The position numbers were made by a program, and so were the translations under genes. A stretch of 62,708 nt of DNA, filler included. It is 5 parts of 5 records of this genome, joined end to end, with 100 filler letters (N's around TTAATTAATTAA, not from the genome) between each part and the next. Parts side by side here need not be neighbours in the genome. Positions count along the whole stretch, not along the records: positions 29,132 to 43,479 come from SRR31156797_8287; 4 more parts are not named here. The stretch is one strand, 5' to 3'. Shown here one piece after another: positions 31,830 through 43,360 of the stretch (position 1 is its first letter; every line of letters starts with the position of its first letter). A model generated the notes under the pieces. The model searched no databases, was not told the origin of the DNA, and saw only the letters and a list, made by a program, of their open reading frames with translations.

Positions 31830-34800
31830 TTACTCCGTTTTATTTGCTTCAATCCATTTTTTGGCATTCACAAATGCCTCGAGCCATGGGGTAATTTCAT
31901 CTGAACTTCGATCAGGGGGATAATGAGCCCATTGCCATGGAAGTATAGCCCGCTCAAGATGCGGCATCATGGCCAGGTGACGGCCATCTTCTGATACAAT
32001 GCCAGCAGCGCTGTATGGTGAGCCGTTTGGATTGCCCGGGTAGCTATCATAGCTGTATTTCACAGGTATGTTATAACTGGTTTCTCCTTTCGGGAAATCG
32101 AACCTGCCCTCACCATGAGCTACCCAGATACCGAGCCTGGTTCCTGCAAGTGATTTTAGCATAACAGCATTGTTGTTCCCGATTTCAACATTTAGGAATG
32201 CTGATTCAAACTTACCCGAACTGTTGTGCAACATTTTCGGATGTTTTTTATGGTCTGGATAAATCAGCCCCAATTCGGTCATCACCTGGCAACCATTGCA
32301 GATGCCAAGGCTCAAAGTATCTTCACGGGCATAGAAATCCTCCAGTGCTTTTTTGGCTTTTTCGTTATAGAGGAATGCTCCGGCCCAGCCTTTTCCTGAG
32401 CCAAGCACGTCGCTGTTCGAAAACCCACCCACAAAAACAATGAAGTTAATATTCTTCAGATCTTCACGGCCCGATATCAGGTCGGTCATGTGTACATCCT
32501 TGACATCAAATCCGGCGAGGTGCATACTCCAGGCCATTTCACGGTCTCCGTTCACACCTTTTTCGCGGATGATTGCAGCTTTAATACCTGTTGAGGATTT
32601 CCTTTTTGGATCGATGCCAAACTGTGAAAATTGTCCTGTAAACTCAGCCAGGAACCTGAATTTCAGGTTTTGTGATTTGTAGTTTTTATAGCGGTCAAGG
32701 GCCACTGCAGGTTCAGTTTGATTGCGCTCAAACAAATAAGAAGTTTTATACCAGATGTCCCGCAAAGTATCAATATCAAATTCCAGGTTATGCATCAGGT
32801 GGCTGATCTCAAGTTTCCTTTCCTCAATAAAGCTGCCGATTACTTCAGCCCGGATTCCTTTTGACTGAAGCAGCCCTGAAACCTGATCCTCTTTTCTTGT
32901 CTGGATAATCACTCCCGGTTTTTCGCTAAACAAAATTTTAACTGTATCATCAATGCCGAGTTTATTCAGGTTTACAGCAAGTCCACCCTCGGTATTGGCA
33001 AAGTTCATTTCGAGTAACGTGGTAACGAGCCCGCCTGCTGAAATATCATGTCCTGACAGGATCAGACCCTGATCAATCAAATGTTGAAGCGTATTAAAAG
33101 TGTTTTTGAAATTTGCAGGATCAGGCACATTTGGCGGCGTGGTTCCGGGCAGATTGACAGCCTGTGAAAAACTGCTGCCTCCAAGCTCAAAATCAGAAAC
33201 AGAAAAACTCACATAAATGATTTCGGTGTCTTGCTCCCGGATGAGAACAGGTTTGACAGCTTTTTTGATATAGCTCACCTCTCCTGCAGCTGAAATGATC
33301 ACCGTACCCGGGGCATAAACCTTTTCACCGTCGGGATATTTTTGAGTCATCGATAATGAATCCTTACCGGTTGGGATATTTATGCCCAGTTGAATGGCGA
33401 AGTTGCTCAATGCCTCAACGGCTTTGTAGAGACGCGCATTTTCACCTGCATTTTTGGCGGGCCACATCCAGTTGGCCGAAAGGGAAACCCCGCTCAGTCC
33501 GCCTTCGATGGGAGCCCACAAAATATTTGTGAGTGCTTCAGCTACCGAAAGTACAGATCCTTTGGCCGGATCGAGCAGGCCAGCTACCGGAGCATGGCCG
33601 ATGGAAGTTGCCACACCTTTTTTACCCTGGTAATCCAGCGTGGCAATACCCAGGTTGTTCAGGGGCAGTTGAATTTCACCTGCACATTGCTGCAAAGCAA
33701 TTTTCCCGGTTACCGAACGGTCCACTTTATTGGTGAGCCAATCCTTGCATGCCACAGCTTCCAGTTGCAACACGGCTTCCAGGTATTCGGTTATTTTCCC
33801 CTGATCGTATTGCAGGGTCTTAAACTTATTTTCTATGGTTTCATCTTCGAGGATTGTTTTTGGTGGTTTACCAAAAAAATCGGTCAGATCAAGGTTTATG
33901 GGGTGGACTTTTGATTGATCCCGGTGGAATGTGAATTTGTGGTCACCGGTAGTTTTGCCCACTTCATAATAGGGTGCTCTTTCCCGCTCTGAAATTTTTT
34001 GCATCAACGCTGAGTCGGCCTTGTTCAGGATTAGTCCCATGCGTTCCTGTGATTCGTTTCCGATGATCTCTTTATCAGAAAGGGTAGGGTCTCCCACAGG
34101 GAGTTTTTTCATTTCAATTACAGCACCGGTTTCTTCAACCAGTTCCGACAGGCTGTTGAGGTGTCCGCCGGCACCATGGTCGTGGATTGACACAATTGGA
34201 TTGTCTTCCAGTTCCACCATTGCACGAATGGCATTATAAACCCTTTTTTGCATTTCAGGATTGGAACGCTGCACGGCGTTCAGTTCAATTTTATTGGCGA
34301 ATTGCCCGGTGGCCACCGATGAAACAGCACCGCCACCCATGCCGATGCGGTAATTATCACCGCCCATTACAACGACCATATCATCTTTGTTGGGCCTGTC
34401 TTTTGTGGCTTCCTTTTTCTTACCAAAGCCTACTCCGCCAGCTAACATGATCACTTTATCATATCCAAATTTTTTGTCTTTTTCCTGGTGCTCAAAAGTC
34501 AGGAGGCTGCCGCAAATCAACGGTTGGCCAAACTTGTTTCCAAAATCACTGGCTCCGTTTGAGGCTTTGATCAAAATATCGAGCGGTGTTTGATAGAGCC
34601 ATTTGCGTTCTTTAAATTGCTGTTCCCATTTACGGGATGCTTCCAGGCGGGGATAGGAGGTCATGTAAACGGCGGTTCCTGCAAGGGGGATACTACCTTT
34701 CCCTCCGGCAAGCCGGTCGCGGATTTCTCCACCGGAACCGGTGGCTGCACCATTGAAAGGTTCCACCGTGGTTGGGAAATTGTGTGTTTCGGCCTTTAAT

Positions 34801-35525
34801 GAGATTACAGAATCGATCTCAGAGGTTTTGAAAAATGCAGATGTGTCCTGACGATCGGGTGCAAACTGCTCCATTTTTGGGCCATCAATAAAGGCCACAT
34901 TATCCTTGTATGCAGAAACTATTTTGTTGGGATTTTCTTTGGAGGTTTTTTTGATCAGCGAAAAAAGGCTCTCGGGCATTTTCTTACCGTTGATGATGAA
35001 TTTCCCGTTAAATATTTTATGGCGGCAATGTTCCGAATTCACCTGGGCAAATCCATAAACCTCGCCATCGGTTAATTTACGGCCGAGCCGTTCGCTGAGT
35101 TCTTCAAGATATTTTACTTCATCCTCACTAAGAGCCAGGCCTTCATCATCGTTGTATGTTGAAATATTCTCGATAAACAGGATTGGGTCGGGAGATTTAT
35201 CAATGGTGAAAATTTCCTGATCCAAACCTTTATACACATTAAAAAGCATGGGGTCGATCTCCGGATTTTCTTTACCCGATTTGTAAAACTCCTCGATGCG
35301 CACGATGTCGGGAATGCCCATATTTTGGGTAATTTCTGCAGCATTTGTGCTCCAGGGAGTGATCATCTCCTTTCTGGGGCCAATAAAAGTACCCTCCAGA
35401 CTTTTGGCTTTAATAATTTGTGCTCCGCCAAAGAGCCAGTTCAGTTTTGATATGTTTTCGGTGGAAATTTCATTTGTGCTTTCCAGAACAAATACCCGGT
35501 TGTCTGATTGAAAGAAATAGATCAT
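31830..35525 (-). CDS. purL: Phosphoribosylformylglycinamidine synthase (large single-chain type)
   Basis: [26 protein letters not shown], glutaminase GICNGCQ and MMPHLER. Confidence 0.97.
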   Translation of the reverse strand: MIYFFQSDNRVFVLESTNEISTENISKLNWLFGGAQIIKAKSLEGTFIGPRKEMITPWSTNAAEITQNMGIPDIVRIEEFYKSGKENPEIDPMLFNVYKGLDQEIFTIDKSPDPILFIENISTYNDDEGLALSEDEVKYLEELSERLGRKLTDGEVYGFAQVNSEHCRHKIFNGKFIINGKKMPESLFSLIKKTSKENPNKIVSAYKDNVAFIDGPKMEQFAPDRQDTSAFFKTSEIDSVISLKAETHNFPTTVEPFNGAATGSGGEIRDRLAGGKGSIPLAGTAVYMTSYPRLEASRKWEQQFKERKWLYQTPLDILIKASNGASDFGNKFGQPLICGSLLTFEHQEKDKKFGYDKVIMLAGGVGFGKKKEATKDRPNKDDMVVVMGGDNYRIGMGGGAVSSVATGQFANKIELNAVQRSNPEMQKRVYNAIRAMVELEDNPIVSIHDHGAGGHLNSLSELVEETGAVIEMKKLPVGDPTLSDKEIIGNESQERMGLILNKADSALMQKISERERAPYYEVGKTTGDHKFTFHRDQSKVHPINLDLTDFFGKPPKTILEDETIENKFKTLQYDQGKITEYLEAVLQLEAVACKDWLTNKVDRSVTGKIALQQCAGEIQLPLNNLGIATLDYQGKKGVATSIGHAPVAGLLDPAKGSVLSVAEALTNILWAPIEGGLSGVSLSANWMWPAKNAGENARLYKAVEALSNFAIQLGINIPTGKDSLSMTQKYPDGEKVYAPGTVIISAAGEVSYIKKAVKPVLIREQDTEIIYVSFSVSDFELGGSSFSQAVNLPGTTPPNVPDPANFKNTFNTLQHLIDQGLILSGHDISAGGLVTTLLEMNFANTEGGLAVNLNKLGIDDTVKILFSEKPGVIIQTRKEDQVSGLLQSKGIRAEVIGSFIEERKLEISHLMHNLEFDIDTLRDIWYKTSYLFERNQTEPAVALDRYKNYKSQNLKFRFLAEFTGQFSQFGIDPKRKSSTGIKAAIIREKGVNGDREMAWSMHLAGFDVKDVHMTDLISGREDLKNINFIVFVGGFSNSDVLGSGKGWAGAFLYNEKAKKALEDFYAREDTLSLGICNGCQVMTELGLIYPDHKKHPKMLHNSSGKFESAFLNVEIGNNNAVMLKSLAGTRLGIWVAHGEGRFDFPKGETSYNIPVKYSYDSYPGNPNGSPYSAAGIVSEDGRHLAMMPHLERAILPWQWAHYPPDRSSDEITPWLEAFVNAKKWIEANKTE

Positions 35526-35643
35526 CGTGTTGCTATTTAGATGTAAGTTGCCGGGTGCAAAAATAGCGAATCAAAGTATTTTAAATCCTAACAATTTTCA
35601 TACTTATCACTTCGATATTCACAAATGCGGGAATATATCCGGG

Positions 35644-36669
35644 CTATTTTGCCTTGCCAATAAGGTGAATTAAGCGGTCGCTGTGTGGCCTGTGGATAGG
35701 CCGGTTAAATTTAAAGGCCGATTTCACTGCAGTGGTATCATTGCTGTAGGTATCGATAACCACTGCCTGGTTAATGGTAAACGGGATTTCAAACTGACCG
35801 TAGTTACTCCAGGTAATCGTTGAGCTTTCACCGGCAACAAATGCACGGATAACCGTGTTTTGAAGTGCGTGATAGTACCCAACAGGCAAGGGATGTGAAC
35901 TCTGAAAGATAAATATATTTTCGAGTTTTTCGAATTGTGTGCCTGCATTTACGAACAATGGACTGAGAACTTCGTTGGTGTTGATGATGGAAAGATGAAA
36001 AAATGCCTTCGAAACATCCAATGCATACCGGGGCATTTCGTTTTGATCAATAAATTGCTGTCCTTCCCATTCCATGCGTAATCCCAGCTGTGTACTGTCG
36101 GTGTACCTACCTGAAGTTTGGGCATGGTAAGTTAAAACCTTGGGGGCCTGTAACAAACCAAACTGGACACTATCGTTTTTACCTATGTTTCTTGAGAATC
36201 TATTTGTGTCAGGGCTGATCAGCATGGTATCCAGGCTTAGCTTTATGGTTGTGTAAACCGGGTTTATGAACGTAATCAGAAACATGTCCACGTTCATATA
36301 AACATCCAGGGTAAACTCTCCTGATGAAGTAAGTAAATTGAGTTTTCCTGTATAATTGCCTTGTGGAAGCCCCTCACGCCTGGCAATGCCGGTAATTTCG
36401 ATGGCGGATTGTCCGGTCACCTGTCCGTTGGGATTGGAGATCTCGAGCCAGGGAATTTCTTCGGTTACCTGGTACGAAAGATTCTCTTCTCCAACATTTC
36501 CAAGTGCGAAACCATTGTAAATACGATCATTCCCATAGTGAATCGAAATCCTGTCGACGACTGCGGAAGCGGCACTTTTGTCCAGGCTTTTTCTACACCC
36601 GGAATGAGTAATCAGGATAAAACTCAATACGGTGACCAGTGAAAGAAGAAATGTTACTCCATTTTTCAT
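35644..36669 (-). CDS. Lipoprotein with BACON/Ig-like domain
   Basis: Lipobox HSGC; N.G...L.Y.....PWL.IS...G pattern. Confidence 0.6.
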   Translation of the reverse strand: MKNGVTFLLSLVTVLSFILITHSGCRKSLDKSAASAVVDRISIHYGNDRIYNGFALGNVGEENLSYQVTEEIPWLEISNPNGQVTGQSAIEITGIARREGLPQGNYTGKLNLLTSSGEFTLDVYMNVDMFLITFINPVYTTIKLSLDTMLISPDTNRFSRNIGKNDSVQFGLLQAPKVLTYHAQTSGRYTDSTQLGLRMEWEGQQFIDQNEMPRYALDVSKAFFHLSIINTNEVLSPLFVNAGTQFEKLENIFIFQSSHPLPVGYYHALQNTVIRAFVAGESSTITWSNYGQFEIPFTINQAVVIDTYSNDTTAVKSAFKFNRPIHRPHSDRLIHLIGKAK

Positions 36670-36700
36670 TTGGATTCAGTTGGAAAGATAAAAGTACAAT

Positions 36701-37165
36701 TTATCTGATCAGGTCCCGGAAATTATTTATCCAGCCCAGTTTTTTCATAGCCCAAATACCAATTAGAATAGCTTCGGCAGCATTTACATTCAATGCACTT
36801 GTTTTTTTGGAAGATGTTTTGGTGAGAAAATTTTCGGCATACCGAACGGCATATTCTTTGGCTTTTTTACCCTTACGCTGTTCGCGGTCAAAAAGCAATT
36901 CGCTACGCCAGTCTTCGGCCATGATGTGCATCACACTGATATTTCTTTTTTCGAGTTGTGTATCCCAGAGTTTGCGCAGTGGCCCTCCACCCTCAATTAC
37001 AATATGATCCATTTCATCCTCCAGGTTCAAAACCCAGGGAATGGCCTTTTTTAATCTTGTCTTATTGCCAAAATTCTGCGACCTGAACCATAATAATTCA
37101 CATTGTGAATTGAACATGGCAAAGCCGGTTTTTACACCAAGATCAACGGAGAGGAGAAGTTCCAT
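36701..37165 (-). CDS. RNase H-fold (RuvC/YqgF-like) hypothetical protein
   Basis: LLSVDLGVKTGFA, IVIEGG, W, AAEAILIG. Confidence 0.55.
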   Translation of the reverse strand: MELLLSVDLGVKTGFAMFNSQCELLWFRSQNFGNKTRLKKAIPWVLNLEDEMDHIVIEGGGPLRKLWDTQLEKRNISVMHIMAEDWRSELLFDREQRKGKKAKEYAVRYAENFLTKTSSKKTSALNVNAAEAILIGIWAMKKLGWINNFRDLIR

Positions 37166-37247
37166 TTAGGATTTTATAGGGTTATGAAATGTGAGAATAT
37201 TTTTATTATGGCCTATAATTCAACTCGTTGATGATTTGTGAGCACGA

Positions 37248-38426
37248 CTAATTCACTACCTTGGCACGTGAAAATGGTTTTGAAGGATCAAACAAATACC
37301 GATAGGTTACATGGGTTTTAAATACCTTCCCACCAATTTGTTCCACCACCTTGATCATTGAAGGATTGAAATCTCCGATCCAGTTCATCTGTAGTTCGTT
37401 GTAATGAAAATCCGGACTCAGGGCATATTTTTCAAATGATTTGATCAGTCCGGCTTCAAGTCCTTTGCCCTGGTGTTCGGGTACAACCCCGAAAATTCTG
37501 CCAATAACACGCGTACAGGATTTGCGGTACCTGAGATTATAAATCAGGCGAAGTTTATTCAACCAATGAAATTTACCGTTAAACTTGCGGATGATCTGGT
37601 ACAGGTCCGGCATCATGATAAAAAAAGCGATGGGTTCATTTTTGTAATAGGCATAATGCACCAACCGCGTGTCCATGATGGGTTTCATCTTTTTAAGTAA
37701 TCCAATCGCATGTACTTTACTTATTTTCTTTACACCCGGAAAGCTGGCCCATGCTTTGTTGAAGATGATCATAAAATCTTCAGCAAACTTCTCGTTATTT
37801 TTCCAGGTGATGGTTTTAAATGAGTAATCTTTGTTGCGGGCAATACGTTCCGCTTTTTCCCAAACAATCGGGTCCAGGTCATTGGGGTTGAAATCCCTGC
37901 CGTAGGTGTACTGGTTGATATAATTTTTAAAGCCGTAATTTTCGAACAATTTTTGATAGTATGGGAAATTATAAGGCATGTTGTAGATGGGCTCTATAAA
38001 GCCTTCTGTAAGGCAACCCCAAAAACTGTCGCGTTCTCCAAAATTAACCGGGCCATCCATGGCTTCCATACCTTTGCCAGCCAGCCAGTTTTTGCAGGCA
38101 TCAAACAATGTGTTTGCAGCTTCCTGGTCATCAATGCAATCAAAAAACCCCATGGCTCCGGTAGGCTGATTGTTTTTTTTGGCTGTCTTTTCGTTATAAA
38201 AAGCTGCAACTCGGCCAATAACTTCTCCCTTATCATTTTTCAATAGCCACCTTACGGCGTCGCCGTGGCGGAAGTTTTTGTTTTTTGCCTGATCAAAAAT
38301 ATTCTCAATATCTTCATCCAGCGGGCGAATCCAATTTTTATCGTTGCGGTAAAGTTTAGATGGGAAACTTAAAAAGGCTTTCTTCGCAGTTCCACCATCG
38401 ACGGTTATTAGTGTGTACTGTCCCAT
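37248..38426 (-). CDS. GNAT-family N-acetyltransferase (YghO-like)
   Basis: GRVAAF, GFFDC, MPYNFPYY, GVVPEHQGKG. Confidence 0.75.
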   Translation of the reverse strand: MGQYTLITVDGGTAKKAFLSFPSKLYRNDKNWIRPLDEDIENIFDQAKNKNFRHGDAVRWLLKNDKGEVIGRVAAFYNEKTAKKNNQPTGAMGFFDCIDDQEAANTLFDACKNWLAGKGMEAMDGPVNFGERDSFWGCLTEGFIEPIYNMPYNFPYYQKLFENYGFKNYINQYTYGRDFNPNDLDPIVWEKAERIARNKDYSFKTITWKNNEKFAEDFMIIFNKAWASFPGVKKISKVHAIGLLKKMKPIMDTRLVHYAYYKNEPIAFFIMMPDLYQIIRKFNGKFHWLNKLRLIYNLRYRKSCTRVIGRIFGVVPEHQGKGLEAGLIKSFEKYALSPDFHYNELQMNWIGDFNPSMIKVVEQIGGKVFKTHVTYRYLFDPSKPFSRAKVVN

Positions 38427-38607
38427 TCAAATCCTGTTGCTGATCAATAAGGGCGAAAGTAAAAATTTTTTATTAATCGAACGGGCTGGCTTTGTGTTTC
38501 GCAAATGTTCGATATTAAACGAGGTATATTTTGTTGGGTGTTCTTGAGCCACGGATTTAATAGTTTTATTATTTCCCTATTAACCATTATCAATAACGAG
38601 TTTCCTG

Positions 38608-40170
38608 TTATTGTTGTAAACGCATCTGAGATTGTTCATATCCGGATGAACCATTGATCTTAAAAAAGGCAATAGAACTGAGCAGTTTGTCGGCCATTTC
38701 GGCCAGTTCATCGGCATTTGAAGAGAGTTCTTCGGAGGAAGCAGCATTTTGCTGTGTCACCTGATTGAGTTGTTGTACACCATCGTTGATCTGTTCGGCA
38801 CCAATGCTTTGTTCGTTGTTAGAGGCGGTAATTTCCTGAACATACTGGGAGGTTGAAACAATATCCGGGACGATTTTCACAAGTAGTTTTTTGGCTTCTT
38901 CGGTAACTTTCACGCTGTTATGGGCTAGTTTGTTTATTTCTTCAGCAGATTGTTTGCTTCGCTCAGCAAGCTTCCCAACCTCCGAAGCAACCACTCCAAA
39001 GCCTTTTCCATGCCTTCCTGCTCTGGCAGCCTCAATTGCTGCATTCAGGGCAAGGATATGCGTTTGGAATGCAATAGAGCCAATTACAGAAATTTTTTCG
39101 GCAATTTGCTTGATGCTCTGTGAACTGTTGGTTGATGAGTCTTTAACATTGGAAATGTCTTCAGCAGCTTTCACTGATATCTGTTCTGTTCGCTGGGCAT
39201 TTTGCAGGTTTTGCTGAATATTTGATGTCATCTCCTCAACGGATGCTGATATTTCCTCAATTGAGGAAGCCTGTTCTGAAGCACCCTGTGCAATCTGCCT
39301 GGCAGCTGCGTTCAGCTCATGACTTGCCCGGGTAACATAAGTGACACCGGTAGAAATGTTTGAAACTACTTCGCGGACCTTCCGCAACATTTTTCCCATA
39401 TTTTTCATTAACACGCCTATTTCGTCATTGCTCTGCCGTTTTATCTCTACTTCAAGATTTCCATCTGCAATCTCTGATAACACTTCATTGGCATAGCGAA
39501 TGGATTTGTTGAGTGTTGAGATCACATAAATTGAAATTCCGGTAATTACAATGATGCCCAGTACCATCAACACAATCAGCTTGATGAGTGTACTATTATA
39601 GGTTGAACTGGAGTCTTCATAAATTGTTGTTGCTACCTCTAGTTGCACGTCCATCAATTTTTTCAGATGGGCAATAAACGGATCAATTTTAGTGTAAAGG
39701 GTGTTTTCGATATATGCATTAAAATGCTCATGATTTTGCGTCCTGGCAACATCCAACAATCCTTCAACCGCTTTTGAGGCAGGGCTCATGAGTAATATTC
39801 CCTCCTCTTTTAACTGAAGCTCCTTGCCTTTGGATTTTATTTTCAGATATTCGTTCCAGTTGTTTTTAATTCCTGTAAATGATTTTTCAATTAGCCTGGT
39901 TCCTTCACTCCAGTCCAGGCCGTTGTGGTTCATTTCGTAGGCTGTGTTCACAATATCCAGGGCCAGGTTGTCGGAAACAATTTTGAGGTGCTGGAGTGGA
40001 TATATTCTTTCGAAGTAAAGTTTCCCCGAGTCCTTTTGCAATTGGTGGAGGTTGTAAACGGATACACCTGCATTGGAAATAAATAGTACAATGAAAAGTA
40101 TAACGAGGAAATAGAGTGCTGTGGAGATTTTAATGTTTTCTGTTTTCATATTCATTTGGTTAGTTTGCAC
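38608..40170 (-). CDS. Methyl-accepting chemotaxis protein (4HB sensor, HAMP)
   Basis: Two TMs, [39 protein letters not shown]. Confidence 0.93.
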   Translation of the reverse strand: MQTNQMNMKTENIKISTALYFLVILFIVLFISNAGVSVYNLHQLQKDSGKLYFERIYPLQHLKIVSDNLALDIVNTAYEMNHNGLDWSEGTRLIEKSFTGIKNNWNEYLKIKSKGKELQLKEEGILLMSPASKAVEGLLDVARTQNHEHFNAYIENTLYTKIDPFIAHLKKLMDVQLEVATTIYEDSSSTYNSTLIKLIVLMVLGIIVITGISIYVISTLNKSIRYANEVLSEIADGNLEVEIKRQSNDEIGVLMKNMGKMLRKVREVVSNISTGVTYVTRASHELNAAARQIAQGASEQASSIEEISASVEEMTSNIQQNLQNAQRTEQISVKAAEDISNVKDSSTNSSQSIKQIAEKISVIGSIAFQTHILALNAAIEAARAGRHGKGFGVVASEVGKLAERSKQSAEEINKLAHNSVKVTEEAKKLLVKIVPDIVSTSQYVQEITASNNEQSIGAEQINDGVQQLNQVTQQNAASSEELSSNADELAEMADKLLSSIAFFKINGSSGYEQSQMRLQQ

Positions 40171-40472
40171 ACTGGTTACATAAAATACGGCTTTTCGTCA
40201 AATACCAGCCAGAAATATCAACCTGATTTGATTATCCCATGCGAATTTATCTTAAGTTTTTTAATTGTGGGCAATTTCAGTAAAAAATTCATAATGTAAT
40301 AAGGGTAAATGATGAAAGGCATAGCTATACTCTTTAAGGGAATTGAATGAGGTAAACCAGAAGTTACTTAAGTGATCCCTTATTGATGAACGGTGACCTA
40401 CCTAAGTAGCCAGGCTAATTCTGCTAACGAAAAAAGGAGTCAAGATCAAATTAACTCCTTTTAATAATTTTG

Positions 40473-40531
40473 AGCGGTAAATGGGGCTCCCACGAAGGGA
40501 TCTCTATGGGAGAACCCACGACCCTCAGCTT
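40473..40531 (-). repeat. 3' fragment copy of tRNA-Gly (att-like) with 22-bp T-loop insertion
   Basis: Matches 43281-43317 apart from the insert CCACGAAGGGATCTCTATGGGA. Confidence 0.85.
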
Positions 40532-41014
40532 AAAAGACTGTTTGATTAGTTCGTCCTCTTGTTACATAACTTGTTAGCCGGATCCGGGGTAACCTGGTTC
40601 CGGCTTTTTTTTACCATTTCTTTTTTAATGGTAACCCCACTTCATTATTATCTTTCTTTTTTCTTATTTCCTGATGTGATCCCACATTATCATTGCCACA
40701 TTATAAAGTACAAACGAAAGTTTAGACAAAATGAAGAACCTTAAAACATCGCCCTCTTGCATTCCATAGGCATGTTACGGGCGGAGGTGTTGAAATCTGC
40801 TGGTAAGAAATCGCCATTGCCAAAATACCTGAATACGAACTGTTAGATTTGTAACAAATTTGGTAAATAATAGTTACAATAAATCGCCAAGTATCGTCGC
40901 AAATATTTACTATAATGGCGACAACTATTAATACTTATAATATTGATATTAATCACTATAAAAGGATTAAGAATACAAATGGGGATTGGCTAAACAATTC
41001 GATTTTTGAACATT

Positions 41015-41050
41015 TATATTTGTAACAAAATTATGCTAAATTTGTCACGA
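41015..41050 (+). promoter_or_regulatory. Bacteroidota -7 promoter element overlapping an inverted-repeat operator
   Basis: TATATTTG followed by TTGTAACAAA-N11-TTTGTCACGA just upstream of the TA operon. Confidence 0.55.
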
Positions 41051-41063
41051 ATTATAATTATAA

Positions 41064-41663
41064 ATGCAAAGCATAGAAACAAAAATATTGGAAGCCATCA
41101 GGGCGGCAAAGCGGGGGAAACTGATCTTTCCCGGGGATTTCAGCAATTTGGGGTCGGCTGAAGCCATCCGGCTGGCACTGCATCGGCTGGAAAAGGACAA
41201 CATCATTGTACGGGTTGCCCGTGGCATATACGTGCGTCCGGTCACGAGCAAATATATCGGGCCGGTTTTGCCCACCGCGGAAGAAATTGCGGAAGGCATT
41301 GCCAACCGCGACAAAGCGCGAACCGTGCCAACAGGTGCTTATGCACTTCATGCCTTGGGCCTGAGCACCCAGGTACCCATGAATATTGTTTTGCTTACGG
41401 ATGGTTCGCCGCGTGAAATCAGGGTGGGGAAACGGACTATCAAATTCAAAAAAACCACCCCAAAAAACCTGACGGCAAAAGGAAAGGTTAGCAGACTGGT
41501 AATTCAGGCATTGAAAGAAATCGGGAAAGATCAGCACACGGAAGTGGAGGAAACAAAGATCATCGAACTACTGAAAAAGGAAAAACAGCAGGATTTGCTG
41601 CACGACATCCCGCTGGCTCCGGTCTGGATTCAAAAAATCATGAAGAAAGCACTTAATGAATAA
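41064..41663 (+). CDS. DUF6088 / AbiEi-like type IV antitoxin
   Basis: wHTH with RVARGIY, ALHALGLSTQVP, LTDG. Confidence 0.85.
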   Translation: MQSIETKILEAIRAAKRGKLIFPGDFSNLGSAEAIRLALHRLEKDNIIVRVARGIYVRPVTSKYIGPVLPTAEEIAEGIANRDKARTVPTGAYALHALGLSTQVPMNIVLLTDGSPREIRVGKRTIKFKKTTPKNLTAKGKVSRLVIQALKEIGKDQHTEVEETKIIELLKKEKQQDLLHDIPLAPVWIQKIMKKALNE

Positions 41664-42699
41664 ACTGAAATTTTTCAACATACCTAAAAAGGAAAAAGAA
41701 AACATTTTCCGGCAAATAGGCTCCGAAACGGGCTTACCAGCTTTTGCCGTGGAAAAGGACTGGTGGGTGGTGCAAACACTTTCGGCGGTTTATCAACTGG
41801 AAATTGCACCACACCTTGTTTTTAAAGGAGGTACATCGTTGAGCAAAGCCTGGAAGCTTATCGAAAGGTTTTCGGAGGATATCGACCTGGCCATGGACCG
41901 GACATTCTTTGGCTTTGAAGGTAAGCTGGGCAAGAACCAGCGCGATAAACTGAAAAAAACATCCGGCAAATATGTGGATGAAGTTTTCTACCCGGAATTA
42001 AGAGAACGCCTCATAGCAACAGGTTTTACTGATTTTAACCTCGAACTGGAAGAATCGCCTGAAAGTGATCGGGACAGGAAGATCAACCTCTACTATCCTT
42101 TTGTGATTGATCCGCCCGGATATTTGCAACCAAGGGTTCAGATCGAAATAAGTTCCCGTTCGTTAAGAGAGCCTTTCGCGGTGCGAGCAATCAGTTCACT
42201 GGTGGATGAAACCTATCCGGGAAAGGAGTTTATCTTGCCTGCGGTAGATATTCCTACTGTCATCCCCGAACGTACTTTCCTTGAAAAAGTCTTCCTGCTG
42301 CACGAAGAATTTCAACGCCCACCCGAAAAAAATAGGGTGGAACGGCTGAGCCGCCATATTTATGATGTGGTGAAGCTTTCTCAAACCGAATATGCCAAAA
42401 GAGCACTAAATGACCCTGAGCTTTACGAAACCATTGTAAAACACCGGCAGACTTTCACGCGAGTTAGCGGTGTAAACTATAACCTGCATCAGCCACAAAC
42501 CATCAATCCCATTCCAGCACCTGACATAATCGAAAACTGGAAAACAGATTACGAGACGATGGTTGAACTGATGATTTATGACGCAACCGCACCCTCTTTT
42601 GAGCAACTGATAGCGGGCTTGAAAACTTTAAAGAAACGGATCAACCAAATCTCATGGAAGTTCACTGCGGAATTTCCGGTTCCGGGCAATACACAATAA
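41656..42699 (+). CDS. AbiEii/AbiGii nucleotidyltransferase toxin
   Basis: VEKDWWV, FKGGTSLSK, RFSEDIDL, RTFLEK, RHIYD. Confidence 0.92.
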   Translation: MNKLKFFNIPKKEKENIFRQIGSETGLPAFAVEKDWWVVQTLSAVYQLEIAPHLVFKGGTSLSKAWKLIERFSEDIDLAMDRTFFGFEGKLGKNQRDKLKKTSGKYVDEVFYPELRERLIATGFTDFNLELEESPESDRDRKINLYYPFVIDPPGYLQPRVQIEISSRSLREPFAVRAISSLVDETYPGKEFILPAVDIPTVIPERTFLEKVFLLHEEFQRPPEKNRVERLSRHIYDVVKLSQTEYAKRALNDPELYETIVKHRQTFTRVSGVNYNLHQPQTINPIPAPDIIENWKTDYETMVELMIYDATAPSFEQLIAGLKTLKKRINQISWKFTAEFPVPGNTQ

Positions 42700-42766
42700 G
42701 TGAAGCATCAAGTTTTACATGTTTAAAAAACTTACTTTTGTTTAAACCATGTTTAAACCGGAAAAC

Positions 42767-42803
42767 AAACAAGGCTTTAACACATTCTGTTAAAGCCTTG
42801 TTT
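42767..42803. terminator. Bidirectional terminator
   Basis: AAACAAGGCTTTAA / TTAAAGCCTTGTTT. Confidence 0.7.
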
Positions 42804-42820
42804 TTTAGTTTATTAAGTTG

Positions 42821-42911
42821 AGCGGTAAATGGGGCTCCCCCGAAGGGATCCCTTGGGAGAACCCACGACCCTCAGCTTGGGATCCGCCGGCTGGCGGACT
42901 ACCAACTGAGC
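42821..42911 (-). pseudogene. tRNA-Gly(CCC) pseudo-copy with two hairpin insertions
   Basis: Identity to 43281-43344 broken by a 21-bp insert (42838-42858) and TCCGCCGGCTGGCGGA (42883-42898); 5' acceptor strand missing. Confidence 0.85.
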
Positions 42912-42920
42912 ATAAAGGAT

Positions 42921-43202
42921 TTAAATCGGGGTATCATTGGAATCTAGCCTGGTTAAAATTTCATCGTGAATAAATTTTCGCCCTCTTGCTGACTTTAATT
43001 GCTTTTCCCTGTTCATAGCGTCTTTTTTTAAATCAAAACGTTTTGTGTATATCACTTTCCAGGGTTTGTAATTTCTTGTCCATCCTTTATTTTTAGGATT
43101 GTTATGTGAAGCTAATCTTGCCTGGATGTTTGAAGTAAATCCAATGTAAATTTTCTGGTGTTCAGATGAAAACAATACATAGATGTAAAACATGTCTTTC
43201 AA
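42921..43202 (-). CDS. Small GIY-YIG nuclease
   Basis: YIYVL...IYIGFT...RL..HN...WT..YKPW...AM.REKQLKS..GR. Confidence 0.92.
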   Translation of the reverse strand: MKDMFYIYVLFSSEHQKIYIGFTSNIQARLASHNNPKNKGWTRNYKPWKVIYTKRFDLKKDAMNREKQLKSARGRKFIHDEILTRLDSNDTPI

Positions 43203-43230
43203 ACTGGATTCAGGATTGGATAAGGCTACC

Positions 43231-43264
43231 CCTTTGTGGGCTGAAAAACCTCAGCCCACAAAGG
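43231..43264. repeat. 14-bp perfect hairpin between tRNA-Gly and the GIY-YIG gene
   Basis: CCTTTGTGGGCTGA-N6-TCAGCCCACAAAGG. Confidence 0.7.
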
Positions 43265-43280
43265 TTTTAAGATAATAATG

Positions 43281-43353
43281 AGCGGTAAATGGGGCTCGAA
43301 CCCACGACCCTCAGCTTGGGAAGCTGATGCTCTACCAACTGAGCTACTACCGC
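43281..43353 (-). tRNA. tRNA-Gly(CCC)
   Basis: Full cloverleaf GCGGTAG...TCAGC-TTCCCAA-GCTGA...GTGGG-TTCGAGC-CCCAT-TTACCGC-T. Confidence 0.95.
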
Positions 43354-43360
43354 ATCTGTG

